Shown: piece by piece, positions 32,855 through 41,981 of the stretch | Numbering within the stretch: position 1 is the stretch's first letter | How the letters are laid out: each line of letters begins with the position of its first letter | Assembly (NCBI GenBank): GCA_024346625.1 | Contig: AP024667.1 | Span: forward strand, 434,001 to 498,000 | DNA: 64,000 nt | Direction: 5' to 3' | Origin: Williopsis jadinii | Taxonomy: Eukaryota | Translations under genes and position numbers: made by a program | The notes under the pieces: model-generated | What the model saw: only the letters and a program-made list of their open reading frames with translations | Database searches by the model: none | Told to the model about the DNA's origin: nothing

Positions 32855-35800
32855 CTATATAGATAGACCCATGAAGTACTCGAAATTGGAAACGAGGTTC
32901 TTATCCAGGCGATTGATGTAGTTGTTCAAGTTGGCGTCCCCGACTCTCATCTTGACGACACTTAAAGAACTATTGATGTAGTCCTTCAGGATGATATTAT
33001 GTACAGGATCATACATCTTGAACAGTTGCTGAAACCTGTTATACTCACCGTTCTCCTGAATCACCAGATCATTGCCATACTTGAATTCGTAGAGATAATT
33101 GGAGTGGTAAATCTCACAGTCACCGGTGTTGGACTTTTCGTGTACTTCTTCCAAGGAAGCAACCCATAACGCAACCAATGGTGCCAAATCTTCCAGGAAG
33201 ATTTCATCACCGGTGCGTAATAGCGATGTCAGACCAAGAACGTGTATCTTTCTATTTCTTGGGTTACTGATGTTGGCATCCATTCTGGCATACCACACCA
33301 TCATGAATTTGCGGAATGCAGCCTTCAATTCGGTTTCAGAAGTGTAGAGATAGTGGAACACCTGGATGAAATTCTGTGGTTCTAGATATGTGAGACGAGC
33401 AATACTCAAGAGCAACTTACCAACTGTGATGTGTGATTGGTTGTCATCCAAGATATTCTCTATGATGGTTGGTAAAAGACGAGACTCCATAAGAAGTGAC
33501 AATAGTTTCTCAAACTTTGCAGTTTCAGAGTAGTTCTCTAGAATGAAGATCTCCAAGTAAGACAGCATTATATCAAGAGCATCGTCTCTCATCTGAGGCA
33601 AGTATTTTGCCAACACTCTGAGAACCTCAAGGGTAAATGAGCGTGTGTTGTCCGCAATGAACATATCTGGAAGAAGAATTGTATAACTTCTGAGAATCTC
33701 CAAGATCATTGGCAGGATCTCGGTTTGGTTGTTCAGTGCATGCAAGTAGAAGCTCTGTAGATCATTCACCAGTGAGCTGTTCATGTCCAAGCTCTGAGAG
33801 TTAGGGTAGTATTGCAGAATCGCAAGCCATAGCTCGTACCCATCTTCAGCTACCCACGGATGGTACTCAGAGCTTGGTGAGCAGCAGACCGAAACTAGAG
33901 GAAGCGATATGTCCCATGCTCTGTTTGAGTTCTGGTTCAGTGAGATCACGAGATTCATGAGAATTCTGAGCAAGCTGTTCTTCAAAATCAACTGATTCGA
34001 ATTGTTGGAGTTATCCCAGAAATGAGGAACCGCAGCTAAAAGGTCATTTAGTTCAGTCTCCGAGATCAACGGGTTCGTTCTATTGATCAATTCAGCAGTG
34101 GCATTCAAGAGGAACAACTTTGATTCGGTAAGCTCCATCTCATTTGTCAGTCTAAGTAAGTGCTCAATGAATGGCTTGATAAAAGAGGCAAATCCTTCTT
34201 TTTTGAAGTCCCAATCAGTGATGATGGTTTTCAGTGCCTGGATAGCTGTTAGCTTGACAACCTTGTCATTGATAGGATTTTGGGAATCCAAAAAGGTCAG
34301 TAAGAGGTTATAAACCTTCTGCATGGCATCTTCAGAGAACACACCCAGCTCATGCCATTCATTGATCAACAGACACACACGTCTCTTAAGAATTCTGTTC
34401 TCGGATAGATCATTCTTCAATGCTTCGGGAAGAAAGATACGGTCGAACAGATCCATGAAATTGATCTGGTCATGGATCGAGTGGGCACTGAGTTCAAATA
34501 TAGAGAAAATGGAGTCCTTGACCAAGATGTTATTAACAGAAACTTCGTTGTAGTTTGCCATGTCGTTTTGGACTTTGCCCAGCACATATGGGACTAACAG
34601 CCCTTTGAAGTTGATCATGATATCGTGGAAGAAGTTCTCAGCACATTGTCTGATTTGGTACTCGTAGTTCTGATTAACTTCATCATTGGTCCACTCTTCA
34701 GGTTCTGTAGCCCATGACTCCAAATCACTAGGCTTCAACTTGATGTAGTATGTAATCAACAAGTCTGTGATTGATTTTATCATCGATTCTGTGAAGAACC
34801 CCGTGGTTAGCAGTTTGATAGCATTTTCCACGTCACTTTTGCTGGATTTCGCTTTCAAGGTAAGCACAGTTCCACGGTTAAAAACAAAATTGATCATGAT
34901 TTTGAAGATGAGCAGAGTCTTTATGGCCAAAAACTCCCAGATAGCACCTGAATCATCGTCAATGTCATTCTTGTAAACAATCTCCGCCTTATCGTGTAGA
35001 AGGCGTAACAAAGCGTACAGTATTTCCTTTGAGCAAGGAAATAAGATCAAATGCGTTGCGTTTGCCTTGCAGAGAAGGTAGTAGATTTTGGCATAACATT
35101 TGATATACTTTTCAAAGATTTCAGAAGGGGAGTACTTATCATAGTTCTGCACTAACAACTCGAAATGATGAACAGAGAGAGACATGAAGTCTACAATTTC
35201 AGGAGTTTGACTAGGATGGTCGTACACATCTGTGATGAGTCTTCTCATAACCTTTAGTGTCAAGTAACCAACCTCCATGATACCGAAATCAATGGAATCT
35301 GTCCATTCATTGAAGTAAGAAGTGTACAGTTTGATCAACAATGGCGTGATTAATGGAGCCTTACTCTGTAATGCCGGCCTAGTTCTGCCTATTTTCGCCA
35401 TGGACAGGCTCTTGATCACTTGGTTCAGCATAATGAGTAGGTTGTGAATCTTGATGTTGTTGCTCTCACCAATTGCCTGTTGTAGGATTCGCTCGATATC
35501 GTCAAAGAGTGTAGGCCAATGATGAGGGAAGTCACAACGACATATTCTAGCAATCGCCTGTGCATTCTGAATAGACAGCTGCTTGTTAGGCTCGTCAATG
35601 AGATCAAATAAATGTTCTTTTATCTGGCTCTTCTCACCCTCGCTAATGGCCTTCACACGGGATGACCTCCAGTACTTCTCAATACCATTCTTAAAGCTGA
35701 TAATTGCCAGCCAACGTGTTTGCAACGGGAGGGAAAGGTCATTGTAAACAGACTGGAGCAGGAAGTGGAATCCTTCCTGCTTTTCCCATTCTTTCAGCTG

Positions 35801-35881
35801 GTTTTCTGCCAGTTTTTGATTGGCTGTTCTCTCTGAGCTGTTTGCTTGCTCAAGAACATTGATCAGCGTTAGGAAATCCAT
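32855..35881 (-). CDS. KAP120: Karyopherin Kap120 (importin-11 family)
   Basis: QKLAENQLKEWE...GFHFLLQSVY, RWLAIISFKNGIEKYWR and QNAQAIARICRCDFP..WPTLF. ATG taken at 35881. Confidence 0.93.
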   Translation of the reverse strand: MDFLTLINVLEQANSSERTANQKLAENQLKEWEKQEGFHFLLQSVYNDLSLPLQTRWLAIISFKNGIEKYWRSSRVKAISEGEKSQIKEHLFDLIDEPNKQLSIQNAQAIARICRCDFPHHWPTLFDDIERILQQAIGESNNIKIHNLLIMLNQVIKSLSMAKIGRTRPALQSKAPLITPLLIKLYTSYFNEWTDSIDFGIMEVGYLTLKVMRRLITDVYDHPSQTPEIVDFMSLSVHHFELLVQNYDKYSPSEIFEKYIKCYAKIYYLLCKANATHLILFPCSKEILYALLRLLHDKAEIVYKNDIDDDSGAIWEFLAIKTLLIFKIMINFVFNRGTVLTLKAKSSKSDVENAIKLLTTGFFTESMIKSITDLLITYYIKLKPSDLESWATEPEEWTNDEVNQNYEYQIRQCAENFFHDIMINFKGLLVPYVLGKVQNDMANYNEVSVNNILVKDSIFSIFELSAHSIHDQINFMDLFDRIFLPEALKNDLSENRILKRRVCLLINEWHELGVFSEDAMQKVYNLLLTFLDSQNPINDKVVKLTAIQALKTIITDWDFKKEGFASFIKPFIEHLLRLTNEMELTESKLFLLNATAELINRTNPLISETELNDLLAAVPHFWDNSNNSNQLILKNSLLRILMNLVISLNQNSNRAWDISLPLVSVCCSPSSEYHPWVAEDGYELWLAILQYYPNSQSLDMNSSLVNDLQSFYLHALNNQTEILPMILEILRSYTILLPDMFIADNTRSFTLEVLRVLAKYLPQMRDDALDIMLSYLEIFILENYSETAKFEKLLSLLMESRLLPTIIENILDDNQSHITVGKLLLSIARLTYLEPQNFIQVFHYLYTSETELKAAFRKFMMVWYARMDANISNPRNRKIHVLGLTSLLRTGDEIFLEDLAPLVALWVASLEEVHEKSNTGDCEIYHSNYLYEFKYGNDLVIQENGEYNRFQQLFKMYDPVHNIILKDYINSSLSVVKMRVGDANLNNYINRLDKNLVSNFEYFMGLSI

Positions 35882-35983
35882 GCTGTACGTGCCGTATGCG
35901 TTCGTCACGCTTACGAGATGGCCTTGATGACCTTTCCTGTTTTGCTGCGTATTTTTTTGCTAACAGTATTCAGAGCCGGTGTA

Positions 35984-36035
35984 ACACCCAGACACCGAAA
36001 CATCCCAACACCCACACCCGCACACCCAAACATCC
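35984..36035 (+). promoter_or_regulatory. Array of Rap1-like C/A-rich sites
   Basis: ACACCCAGACACC, ACACCGAAACATCC, ACACCCACACCC and ACACCCAAACATCC in the KAP120/IKS1 divergent promoter. The Rap1 consensus is ACACCCRYACAY. Confidence 0.55.
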
Positions 36036-36153
36036 GTACTTACCATTGTCTCTGTTAGATTTGACACCATTTCTATTTCTATGGGGTGGTGTCTCCAAGA
36101 TGCTCTCATTTCTGCCAAACAAGCTGCTGTGTTAAGCTGAGAGTCTGTAATCA

Positions 36154-37800
36154 ATGAGTCTAATCCTATACAACGGCTCCAATGAGTCAATTCACGAGGA
36201 TCACCAGGTTTACTCACTCGTCATCAACAACACAATGTTGACAAGAGTTCTCTTCAACAGTGATACAAATGAGGTATCCATTGTTGCAACTGAAGAAGAA
36301 TCACAGCATGATGGGTTCAGAGCAAGACGTTCTTCGTTCCACCAGATGAGATGTCCTCATTGTGGGTCGACATTCTCGGGGGTACCATTCTCGCCAGCTT
36401 CAGCTGAAGCTCCGCACTCAGCTGGCCCAGAAGTGAATTACTTCAGGCTCTTGGAGTCCAGCGTCAACTCTGTTGATGGGCTATTTGCACAGGGTTACTT
36501 CAAGAAGTTCTTCAAGAAAATGGCTTTCCTGGGTAATGGGTCCAACGGGAGCGTATTCAAAGTCGAGCATATGCTAAATGATGTTTCGCTGGGGGTATTT
36601 GCTCTCAAAAAGATCACTGTTGGTACAGATGAGAGGCTGTTGGAGCGCACCTTGAGAGAGGTCAAGATGCTCTCACAGATCAGTGCCAAATCACCGAACC
36701 TAGTCAGTTACAACCATGTTTGGTTTGAGATTGACCGTATAAACGAGTTTGGTCCGGAAGTGCCGTGTGCTTTCATTTTGGAGCAGTATTGCCCTGGAGG
36801 CAATTTGGAGGACTTGCTCACTGAGTTGAGGAACCCTCCTTGGACAGTACACGATTTGAAGAAACACAAGCACCGGAAACCACAGGGTCGATTATTGACG
36901 AATATGGAGATATTCTATATATTCAGGGATATCTGTCGAGGGTTGTTTGAGTTGCACAGGAACGGTATTATCCACAGAGATCTGAAGCCATCTAATATTC
37001 TCCTAACTAGGAAGTACTGCGAAGATGCTTATAACAATGGGGAAAACCTTGAAGTACTTCCATCTGTTGTCATTGGAGACTTTGGAGAGTCCCAGTTTTT
37101 GGGTGAGAAGCGTACCGGAACTGGCTTCACTGGTACAATTGAGTATAGTGCACCAGAAGTCTTCTTGTCTCCGATCGCTGGTGCCAGAGCTGAGTTCAAT
37201 GAAATGACTGACATGTTCTCCATGGGGATGATTCTTTACTTCTTGTGCTACAGCGATCTGCCATCTTCCACTATAAGTGCCGTTGAATTGGACACCTTCT
37301 TCAAGGAAGTAAGTGGTGAGGAAGAGCTTGATGCGATGTACCAGCGTGCCACCGAGTTTACAATCAATACGAGGGAAGGATTAAACCCAAAGTATAACGA
37401 GCTCATCCGTCAATTGACTTCCAGAGATCCAGCAGAAAGACCATCTAGCGAAGAGTTGTTAAAGGTTTTGGAGATATTGGAAAATGACTTGATGGCTGTC
37501 ATTGACGACGTTGATGAGCTTGATGTCGAGGAGTATCAAGAGCTTGAGGAAAACAATCCACTGTATGAATACATCACCATGATAGTACAGGTTGTGGAGC
37601 TCATGATCATCATAGGGTTTTTTGAGCTACGTACATCTCATTTGACCTATGCTCTCTTATTTCTTAGCGGAGCATCTATGAGAGGTCGCCAGACCCATAG
37701 GATAACTCTTGTCGTGCTGATGGCATTGGTCATCGCTATTGAATACACTGGTGGGTTTCATACCCCATATAAGTACATAAAATATTACTATCGTGATTAA
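36154..37800 (+). CDS. IKS1: Ser/Thr protein kinase Iks1 with C-terminal hydrophobic segments
   Basis: NYFRLL, LF.QGYFKKFF, LGNGSNGSVFKV.H, NLVSYNHVWFE, GPEVPCAFIL.QYC.GGNL, HRDLKPSN, GDFGES and GTIEYSAPE. Confidence 0.9.
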   Translation: MSLILYNGSNESIHEDHQVYSLVINNTMLTRVLFNSDTNEVSIVATEEESQHDGFRARRSSFHQMRCPHCGSTFSGVPFSPASAEAPHSAGPEVNYFRLLESSVNSVDGLFAQGYFKKFFKKMAFLGNGSNGSVFKVEHMLNDVSLGVFALKKITVGTDERLLERTLREVKMLSQISAKSPNLVSYNHVWFEIDRINEFGPEVPCAFILEQYCPGGNLEDLLTELRNPPWTVHDLKKHKHRKPQGRLLTNMEIFYIFRDICRGLFELHRNGIIHRDLKPSNILLTRKYCEDAYNNGENLEVLPSVVIGDFGESQFLGEKRTGTGFTGTIEYSAPEVFLSPIAGARAEFNEMTDMFSMGMILYFLCYSDLPSSTISAVELDTFFKEVSGEEELDAMYQRATEFTINTREGLNPKYNELIRQLTSRDPAERPSSEELLKVLEILENDLMAVIDDVDELDVEEYQELEENNPLYEYITMIVQVVELMIIIGFFELRTSHLTYALLFLSGASMRGRQTHRITLVVLMALVIAIEYTGGFHTPYKYIKYYYRD

Positions 37801-37841
37801 AGAAACCCAAATAAAGTCACCATATAACAAACACAGCACTC

Positions 37842-38586
37842 TTAACATCTACATCCTGCTGCGTGAACATGGACTCTGGCACCATTCAGGTCAATGACAC
37901 CTCCTTGTCCCTGGATATCGCCATCTTCAACGCCTTGCACTACAAACTTCTCCTGCGGAAGTTCATTGGCTATGCCTTCAAAGATCTCCATCACACCTTG
38001 ACCGGTCTTTGCAGAGCACTCGAGGTATTCAATGCCCTCCGAGTACGAATACTCCCTCACCATTGCTTCGTCAACGAGGTTAGAATTAGGCCTGTCCTTA
38101 AGGTCAATCTTGTTCCCTACAAGCTTTATTATCAGGCCCTCTGGCGCCTGAAGTCTCAGCTCCTTTATCCATCTCTCTGCCCGCTCAAAGCTAACCTGAT
38201 CTGTCACATCAAACACCACGAGCGCAGCATCAGCGTTTCTGTAGTACATCGGTGCCAGGGACTTGTAACGTTCCTGTCCAGCGGTATCCCATATCTCAAA
38301 CTTAACAGAGGTGTAAGCATCGAGATTAACAGTCTTCGTGATGAAAGCTGCCCCTATGGTTGATTCTCTCAGCTCCAGGAACTGTTGCTTAACGTAGCGG
38401 TGCACTAGCGAGGACTTTCCGACAGCAGAGTCTCCTAGGGTGTTGTTAGTATAATCCCATCGCTATATATGCCTCTCGCCCGTAAAGCTGATCACGATCC
38501 CGCTAAAACCAGGCAAAACACCATAACACGAGCTTACCGAGCAGCACTAGTTTACAGTGAGCATTTCTGTGAACTTGGGCGTCCAT
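37842..38586 (-). CDS. Rab5-family GTPase (Ypt52/Ypt10-like). Exons 38586-38538 and 38434-37842
   Basis: Intron 38537-38435 (GTAAGC..TACTAAC..TAG) restores KLVLLG|DSAVGKSS. Also ESTIGAAF, WDTAGQERYKSLAPMYYR, GNKID and a C-terminal CRC. The paralogue is uncertain. Confidence 0.92.
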
Positions 38587-38775
38587 CGTAACGTGTTGCT
38601 TTACACCGATAACCTATCTTCCAGCTCCGTTGTGGGTGTTGATGACAGCGTTAGTTTTTGTATGAGCGCACATATATAAGGCGGGAAAAACATGAGCAAA
38701 ACTAGAGGAGCTACCATTGTCAACAAGGAAGCTCGCCAGGAAAGCTCACCAGGAAAGCAGCTGTTGTCGGCAGCA

Positions 38776-39120
38776 ATGAGCAGGAAACTGGGTCTCAAAG
38801 AGGTTAGTACACCACAGTGTATGATTCAGGAGAAAGAAATCTAACGTGTCATCGTACAGTTTATGCATAATCAAGAGGTGCTGAGGTTCTATAGACAGGT
38901 GCTTCGAGACATAAGAAGTGAGTGATAGTGAGGTATATAGCGTTGGATATTGATGCTAACAGTGGTAACAGAAGCACCGGTGGATCAGCAGGCAGAGCTT
39001 CTCAGCTACGTGAAGCACGAGTTCCGATCCTCTGCGCCAACCCTGGATGCCAACAAGTATCTGATGTCAAATGGGAAACAGCAGTACAGCATCATGAAGA
39101 GAGCGTTGGGTATTTCATGA
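38776..39120 (+). CDS. LYR-motif protein, LYRM2-like, 77 aa. Exons 38776-38802, 38860-38917, 38972-39120
   Basis: Introns 38803-38859 (GTTAGT..ATCTAAC..CAG) and 38918-38971 (GTGAGT..TGCTAAC..CAG). Spliced product: MSRKLGLKEFMHNQEVLRFYRQVLRDIRKAPVDQQAELLSYVKHEFRSSAPTLDANKYLMSNGKQQYSIMKRALGIS. Confidence 0.85.
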
Positions 39121-39216
39121 TGTTCCAGAGGGTATTTATTACATATGTTAAAGCAATTATTTATTCATCTTCATAACGGTCATCTATTAGTTATCTGAAC
39201 AAACAAAAACAGGTTG

Positions 39217-41622
39217 TTAAAGTCTTAATCTTTTCGTAGCTCTTCTCAAAGCACTGGCAATGTCCTGTAGTGATGCAATAAACGCATCGAATTCACCATC
39301 TGCCAGGGATTCACGCAGCGAGGGTAACAGCGATACATCATCGCCGGTATCTCTATCCGGTGCGAACACCAGATGTTTCATCCAAGGTCTTCCCTTGATT
39401 CCCTTGTTCGTTAAAAACATCTGGTCAATATCTTTGGCCTTGTTGCCGATGATCTTCGAATTCATGGCAAGTCTTAACTTGATGTAGAACTGAAACCAAG
39501 GGTAATCAACCGATATTTGTTCTTGGAGGAGCTGGGCAGTACGATCAAAGTTGGTTGATACGGTCAATAGTTGTTCGATGAGGTACTTCACTTGGTCAAT
39601 TGCCAATGACATCGACGTGCCTCTTTCGACATCACGATCCCACCATGACGAGGGGATGATGGAAATCAAGTCGTTGAAGTAGCCTTTTATTTCATGAGCA
39701 TAATGTTCAACTTTGTACTCGATAACCTCGTGTTCGCTAAGGGACAGTGCTAGAAACCCGAGGTACTTTGCCATGGTTCCATGATATTCATAGTTAGGAT
39801 CAACAAATCTTTCCATCCAATCCAAGGTATCAAATGATGATCCAATGTTAACAGGCAACGAGTCATTAGGGTCACCATGGAATCCCACGTTACAGCTGGG
39901 GATTCCTAAATGGTGCTGGAAAACCGTGAAGTCAGATCCTGACCCTAATCTATTGATCTTCTCGCTCCCCAAGTGAGATTCTTCCCAATAATCAAATAAA
40001 GATTTGGTATCACTGTAGTTATTAAATGGAATGTTCTTACTAGCACCAATCAGAAAATGGTCCAATAGTGGGTTCGAAACGATATCCAAATTGTGTCCTG
40101 TTACACCTGCATCCAAGTTGATATACGCAATTGCATGTGCCTGTAAATCCACTTCATGACTCTCAGCGTACTCCGTAGAGCCCAGCATTCCATGTGCACT
40201 CCCATCCCATGATGCAACAACAATAGTTCTTAACGGCCTCCAGCCTAGCTTTATCAAAGATCCAAATGCTCTGGATATTTCCAGCAAGATCGCTGTACCT
40301 GAGCCAGGATCTGCTGCACCAGCCATGGTTAGACTGTCTCTATGATTGCCCAAAATCACCTTCTCACTTAAAAGTCCAGGGATTTCATACATGATATTCT
40401 TCAATGGAACGACTTCAGCTTCGTTGTGGTTCACCAGATTGATGGTGAAATTGGATGGTCCACACGAATAATCAAACCCTTCAATGTCGCCAGTCCAGTT
40501 GAGATCATGAGAGGACGGGATTCTTTGAAGGATTGGGGTGATACTATCTGCACTCATAGGGATGGATGGTATCTTTGGTAAATTGTGCGGTTTTCTTCTC
40601 TTTACTGCTCTGTTCGAGGGAAATCCAATGGTTGTTGGATCACCAGGTGCTTGAGAATAACGAAGTACTGTGTCTCTTTTAACACTGCTTGTATTACGAG
40701 CAGGCCCGTCCGGGTACTGTTCAAATCCATTCCTCGTGATGAACTTGCCATCGTCACTAGGATCCATGTATGTGATGACTCCAACTGCACCGTTGGACTC
40801 GGCATGCTCGACTTGAAGCGCAGTAGACACCTTACCTGTGCGTATGATGTGGATTTTCCCCTTGAGATCAACTCCAAGATTACGTAGCTTTCTATAATCA
40901 TCCAGGCTTCCATAATTGACGAATATGTATGGCGCTGTTACATCTCCTGAGCCCGAGTAGGCGTGATAGCCCTGTGATGATACCCCTGAGACGGGATCAA
41001 CCTCCAGCAAGGAAGGTGAATACACAAGAGAGCCTTGTTCATCAAAAACGCTCACTGTGGACTCAACATGCTTTGTCATCCAGGTATAGTAAACCTCCTT
41101 ATAGGGCTTCAGCCCATACTGTCGCAGCTGCTCCATTGTGTACTGTACGTACTCATCGCCATCACCACTCAAGTGCTGGCGCTTCATGTACTGCCGCAGC
41201 TGTTCGCCAGCGTTATTCTCCTCGTTCAACGCCTTCAGGAACAGTCGCTCGGTCTCGTCCTTCGTCAGCGCTGAAAAGTGCAACCGTCTATAGTCTCGTC
41301 CTAGCGACGTTCTCGGTAGAAAGATCAGGTTGAAGATACCAACCGCCACTATCGACCATACTATGGCGGCAAGGAACTTCCGCGTCGTGAGCGAAGGATA
41401 CCTCTCCTTCACGTAGTCCCTGATGCTGTGGTACGCCGTCACGATGCTGCTCTGGTCGTTGTCGTAGATGTGTGAGCTCGCCACGGAGTTCATCCGCACC
41501 CTCCTGTTGTGCTGTGCGATGAGGTCCCCGGTCGTGTAGCTTCTCGCCCTATGTGTCATGTGTGTCTGGCGCTCTATCAGAGGCGTGGTCTCCGTGATTG
41601 ACTGATGTCTCGTCAGCATCAT
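39217..41622 (-). CDS. VPS70: Vps70, PA-domain/M28 peptidase-like (transferrin-receptor-like) membrane protein
   Basis: TM followed by LPRTSLGRDYRRLH, YPDGPARN, PGDPTT.G.PS, GNHRDSL, GWRPLRTI..ASWDG and KGRPWMKH. Confidence 0.92.
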   Translation of the reverse strand: MMLTRHQSITETTPLIERQTHMTHRARSYTTGDLIAQHNRRVRMNSVASSHIYDNDQSSIVTAYHSIRDYVKERYPSLTTRKFLAAIVWSIVAVGIFNLIFLPRTSLGRDYRRLHFSALTKDETERLFLKALNEENNAGEQLRQYMKRQHLSGDGDEYVQYTMEQLRQYGLKPYKEVYYTWMTKHVESTVSVFDEQGSLVYSPSLLEVDPVSGVSSQGYHAYSGSGDVTAPYIFVNYGSLDDYRKLRNLGVDLKGKIHIIRTGKVSTALQVEHAESNGAVGVITYMDPSDDGKFITRNGFEQYPDGPARNTSSVKRDTVLRYSQAPGDPTTIGFPSNRAVKRRKPHNLPKIPSIPMSADSITPILQRIPSSHDLNWTGDIEGFDYSCGPSNFTINLVNHNEAEVVPLKNIMYEIPGLLSEKVILGNHRDSLTMAGAADPGSGTAILLEISRAFGSLIKLGWRPLRTIVVASWDGSAHGMLGSTEYAESHEVDLQAHAIAYINLDAGVTGHNLDIVSNPLLDHFLIGASKNIPFNNYSDTKSLFDYWEESHLGSEKINRLGSGSDFTVFQHHLGIPSCNVGFHGDPNDSLPVNIGSSFDTLDWMERFVDPNYEYHGTMAKYLGFLALSLSEHEVIEYKVEHYAHEIKGYFNDLISIIPSSWWDRDVERGTSMSLAIDQVKYLIEQLLTVSTNFDRTAQLLQEQISVDYPWFQFYIKLRLAMNSKIIGNKAKDIDQMFLTNKGIKGRPWMKHLVFAPDRDTGDDVSLLPSLRESLADGEFDAFIASLQDIASALRRATKRLRL

Positions 41623-41981
41623 CGTGGTGGAGGAAGAGGAACGAATACAAACACACTGGCCTTATATATCTCTCTGCTTCCCGCTCTGCTTGCTGCCCTG
41701 CTTCCCGCTTGAACGGCTATCGGTGTTTCGATCAAAGGTCCGTTCTTTGCGCTATAAACTGTGGGTGAGCATCGGCCTTGGACTGCGTGATGTATACCCT
41801 TTCGGATTACGTAACGGCCTCGCTGGTCGGAATTAACCGTGCCGCCTTCCGCAACGCCCGAGGGACGCCTATGCACGCTATTAAGCGCTCTGGGTGTACG
41901 CTGGGCTCAACACTACGCAGAGGCTTTTAGAGAGAGAGGTGTGTATTGCGTGAGAAGGCGAAATTACCGCATTGGAAAGGT

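Noticed and set aside
35885..36046. Splice-like signals in the KAP120/IKS1 promoter (plus strand GTACGT..TGCTAAC..CAG; minus strand ATG-GTAAGT)
   Set aside because: The plus-strand splice gives only a short peptide antisense to the KAP120 start. The minus-strand donor has no branch site and would be out of frame. Both genes already have complete N-termini.
38790..38858. Minus-strand TACTAAC and apparent C/D-box snoRNA motifs
   Set aside because: They are explained as the reverse complement of the LYRM2-like intron 1 (GTTAGTA donor), and I recognised no guide sequence.
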